64,000 bases of DNA, taken from contig JBBIRO010000008.1 in the NCBI GenBank assembly GCA_037441775.1, positions 13,054-77,053 of the forward strand. The letters are read 5' to 3'. Below the pieces are notes generated by a model. That model did not search any database and had not been told where the DNA came from. It saw only the letters and a program-made list of their open reading frames with translations. Every line of letters begins with the position of its first letter. Position 1 is the first letter of the stretch. This stretch comes from Syntrophobacterales bacterium (GTDB lineage: Bacteria; Desulfobacterota; Syntrophia; Syntrophales; CAMTWB01). A program made the position numbers and the translations under genes. This document shows positions 63,445 through 64,000 of this stretch, one piece after another.

Positions 63445-64000
63445 ATGATCCATGCAATTAAAAATATTCCGCGTCCATCGCCAGAGATCATCGCTGGATT
63501 CAAAGAAATCGGCACGGCAACCATCCACGAGGCTTCCGGACGGAGGGGTTACATCGACTGCAACATTAAGGCCATTGCCCCGGGCCGCAGGCTTTGCGGC
63601 CCCGCTTTTACCGTCGCCTGTCATCCCAGGGATAACCTGATGCTGCACAAGGCCCTGGAAATGGCCCAGCCAGGTGATATTCTGGTGGTTACCACCGGAG
63701 GTTCTTACGACAGCGGGTATCTGGGGGGCCTGATGGCTACATCGGCGATAGCCCGCAAGCTCGGGGGGCTTGCTATAGATGGCTGTATCCGCGATTCCGA
63801 AGAGATTATCGCGATGGGATTCCCTGTATTCTGCCGGGGATTCTGCATCTATGGCACTTCGAAATCGGTTTTGGGGACGATCAATCACCCCTTGGTTTTC
63901 GGGGGGGCAATAATCAACCCGGGCGACCTGATTGTCGGTGACAATGACGGCCTGGTGATGGTTGAGCTTAACCGCGGCGCGGAGGTTCTCGCAAAGTCGC
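63445..64000 (+). CDS. RraA-like / HMG-CHA aldolase family protein; 3' end outside the window
   Basis: Not in the ORF track because no stop is reached. ATG after AAAAAGGAG. MIHAIKNIPRPSPEIIAGFKEIGTATIHEASGRRGYI...PGDILVV...GGLMATSAIARKLGGLAIDGCIRDSEEI is typical of the RraA/4-hydroxy-4-methyl-2-oxoglutarate aldolase fold. Confidence 0.8.
   Translation, partial: MIHAIKNIPRPSPEIIAGFKEIGTATIHEASGRRGYIDCNIKAIAPGRRLCGPAFTVACHPRDNLMLHKALEMAQPGDILVVTTGGSYDSGYLGGLMATSAIARKLGGLAIDGCIRDSEEIIAMGFPVFCRGFCIYGTSKSVLGTINHPLVFGGAIINPGDLIVGDNDGLVMVELNRGAEVLAKS

Noticed and set aside
63406-63888. 160-aa minus-strand ORF at the window end
   Set aside because: It is antisense to an open-ended + strand frame that has a strong RBS and clear RraA-family sequence. 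The minus-strand product has no recognisable features.

Overview
This 64-kb chromosomal window has roughly mid-50s % GC, judged by eye from sampled lines. Its gene content suggests a strictly anaerobic, aromatic-compound-degrading bacterium of deltaproteobacterial type (Syntrophia/Desulfobacterota-like). The exact taxon cannot be determined from the sequence alone.

Most of the window is tightly packed housekeeping and catabolic genes:
- 3' part of dnaK, surE, rex
- an Fe-alcohol dehydrogenase / SCP2 / tungsten-type aldehyde:ferredoxin oxidoreductase (AOR) module
- ftsY and tRNA-Arg(CCU)
- a complete eight-gene class II benzoyl-CoA reductase cluster, bamBCDEFGHI
- hisI-hisG-hisB-lipoprotein-hisA-HIT
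- an IS-transposase relic, chrA, and a CHASE2 nucleotide cyclase
- an alanine racemase fusion followed by ddl
- an operon of IclR, a PaaK-like ligase, a molybdopterin oxidoreductase and an FeS-flavoprotein
- tctCBA, and a LarA-like gene with gntK and gnd
- moaA, an AmmeMemoRadiSam-type radical SAM gene, smc, a hydE-like gene
- a sugar-acid block (aldolase-like, pfk, uxaC, GntR, RraA-like)

The observations most worth a second look:
1. A lower-GC 2.5-kb insert at 38.4-40.9 kb. It carries three small same-strand ORFs separated by about 75-nt imperfect-palindrome repeats that look like integron attC sites. No integrase is present in the window.
2. A roughly 168-bp MITE-like element with TGAYGGYTTYGTAAAAAG termini. 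There are three full-length copies, one diverged copy and several fragments. Copies donate stop codons or a C-terminal tail to host genes, and one copy splits an attC-like site.
3. A cytoplasmic molybdopterin-enzyme operon with an NAD(P)H-type FeS-flavoprotein partner and an aryl-acid CoA ligase, function unassigned.
4. An alanine racemase carrying an unrecognised C-terminal domain of about 270 aa.

No CRISPR array, rRNA or prophage was seen.
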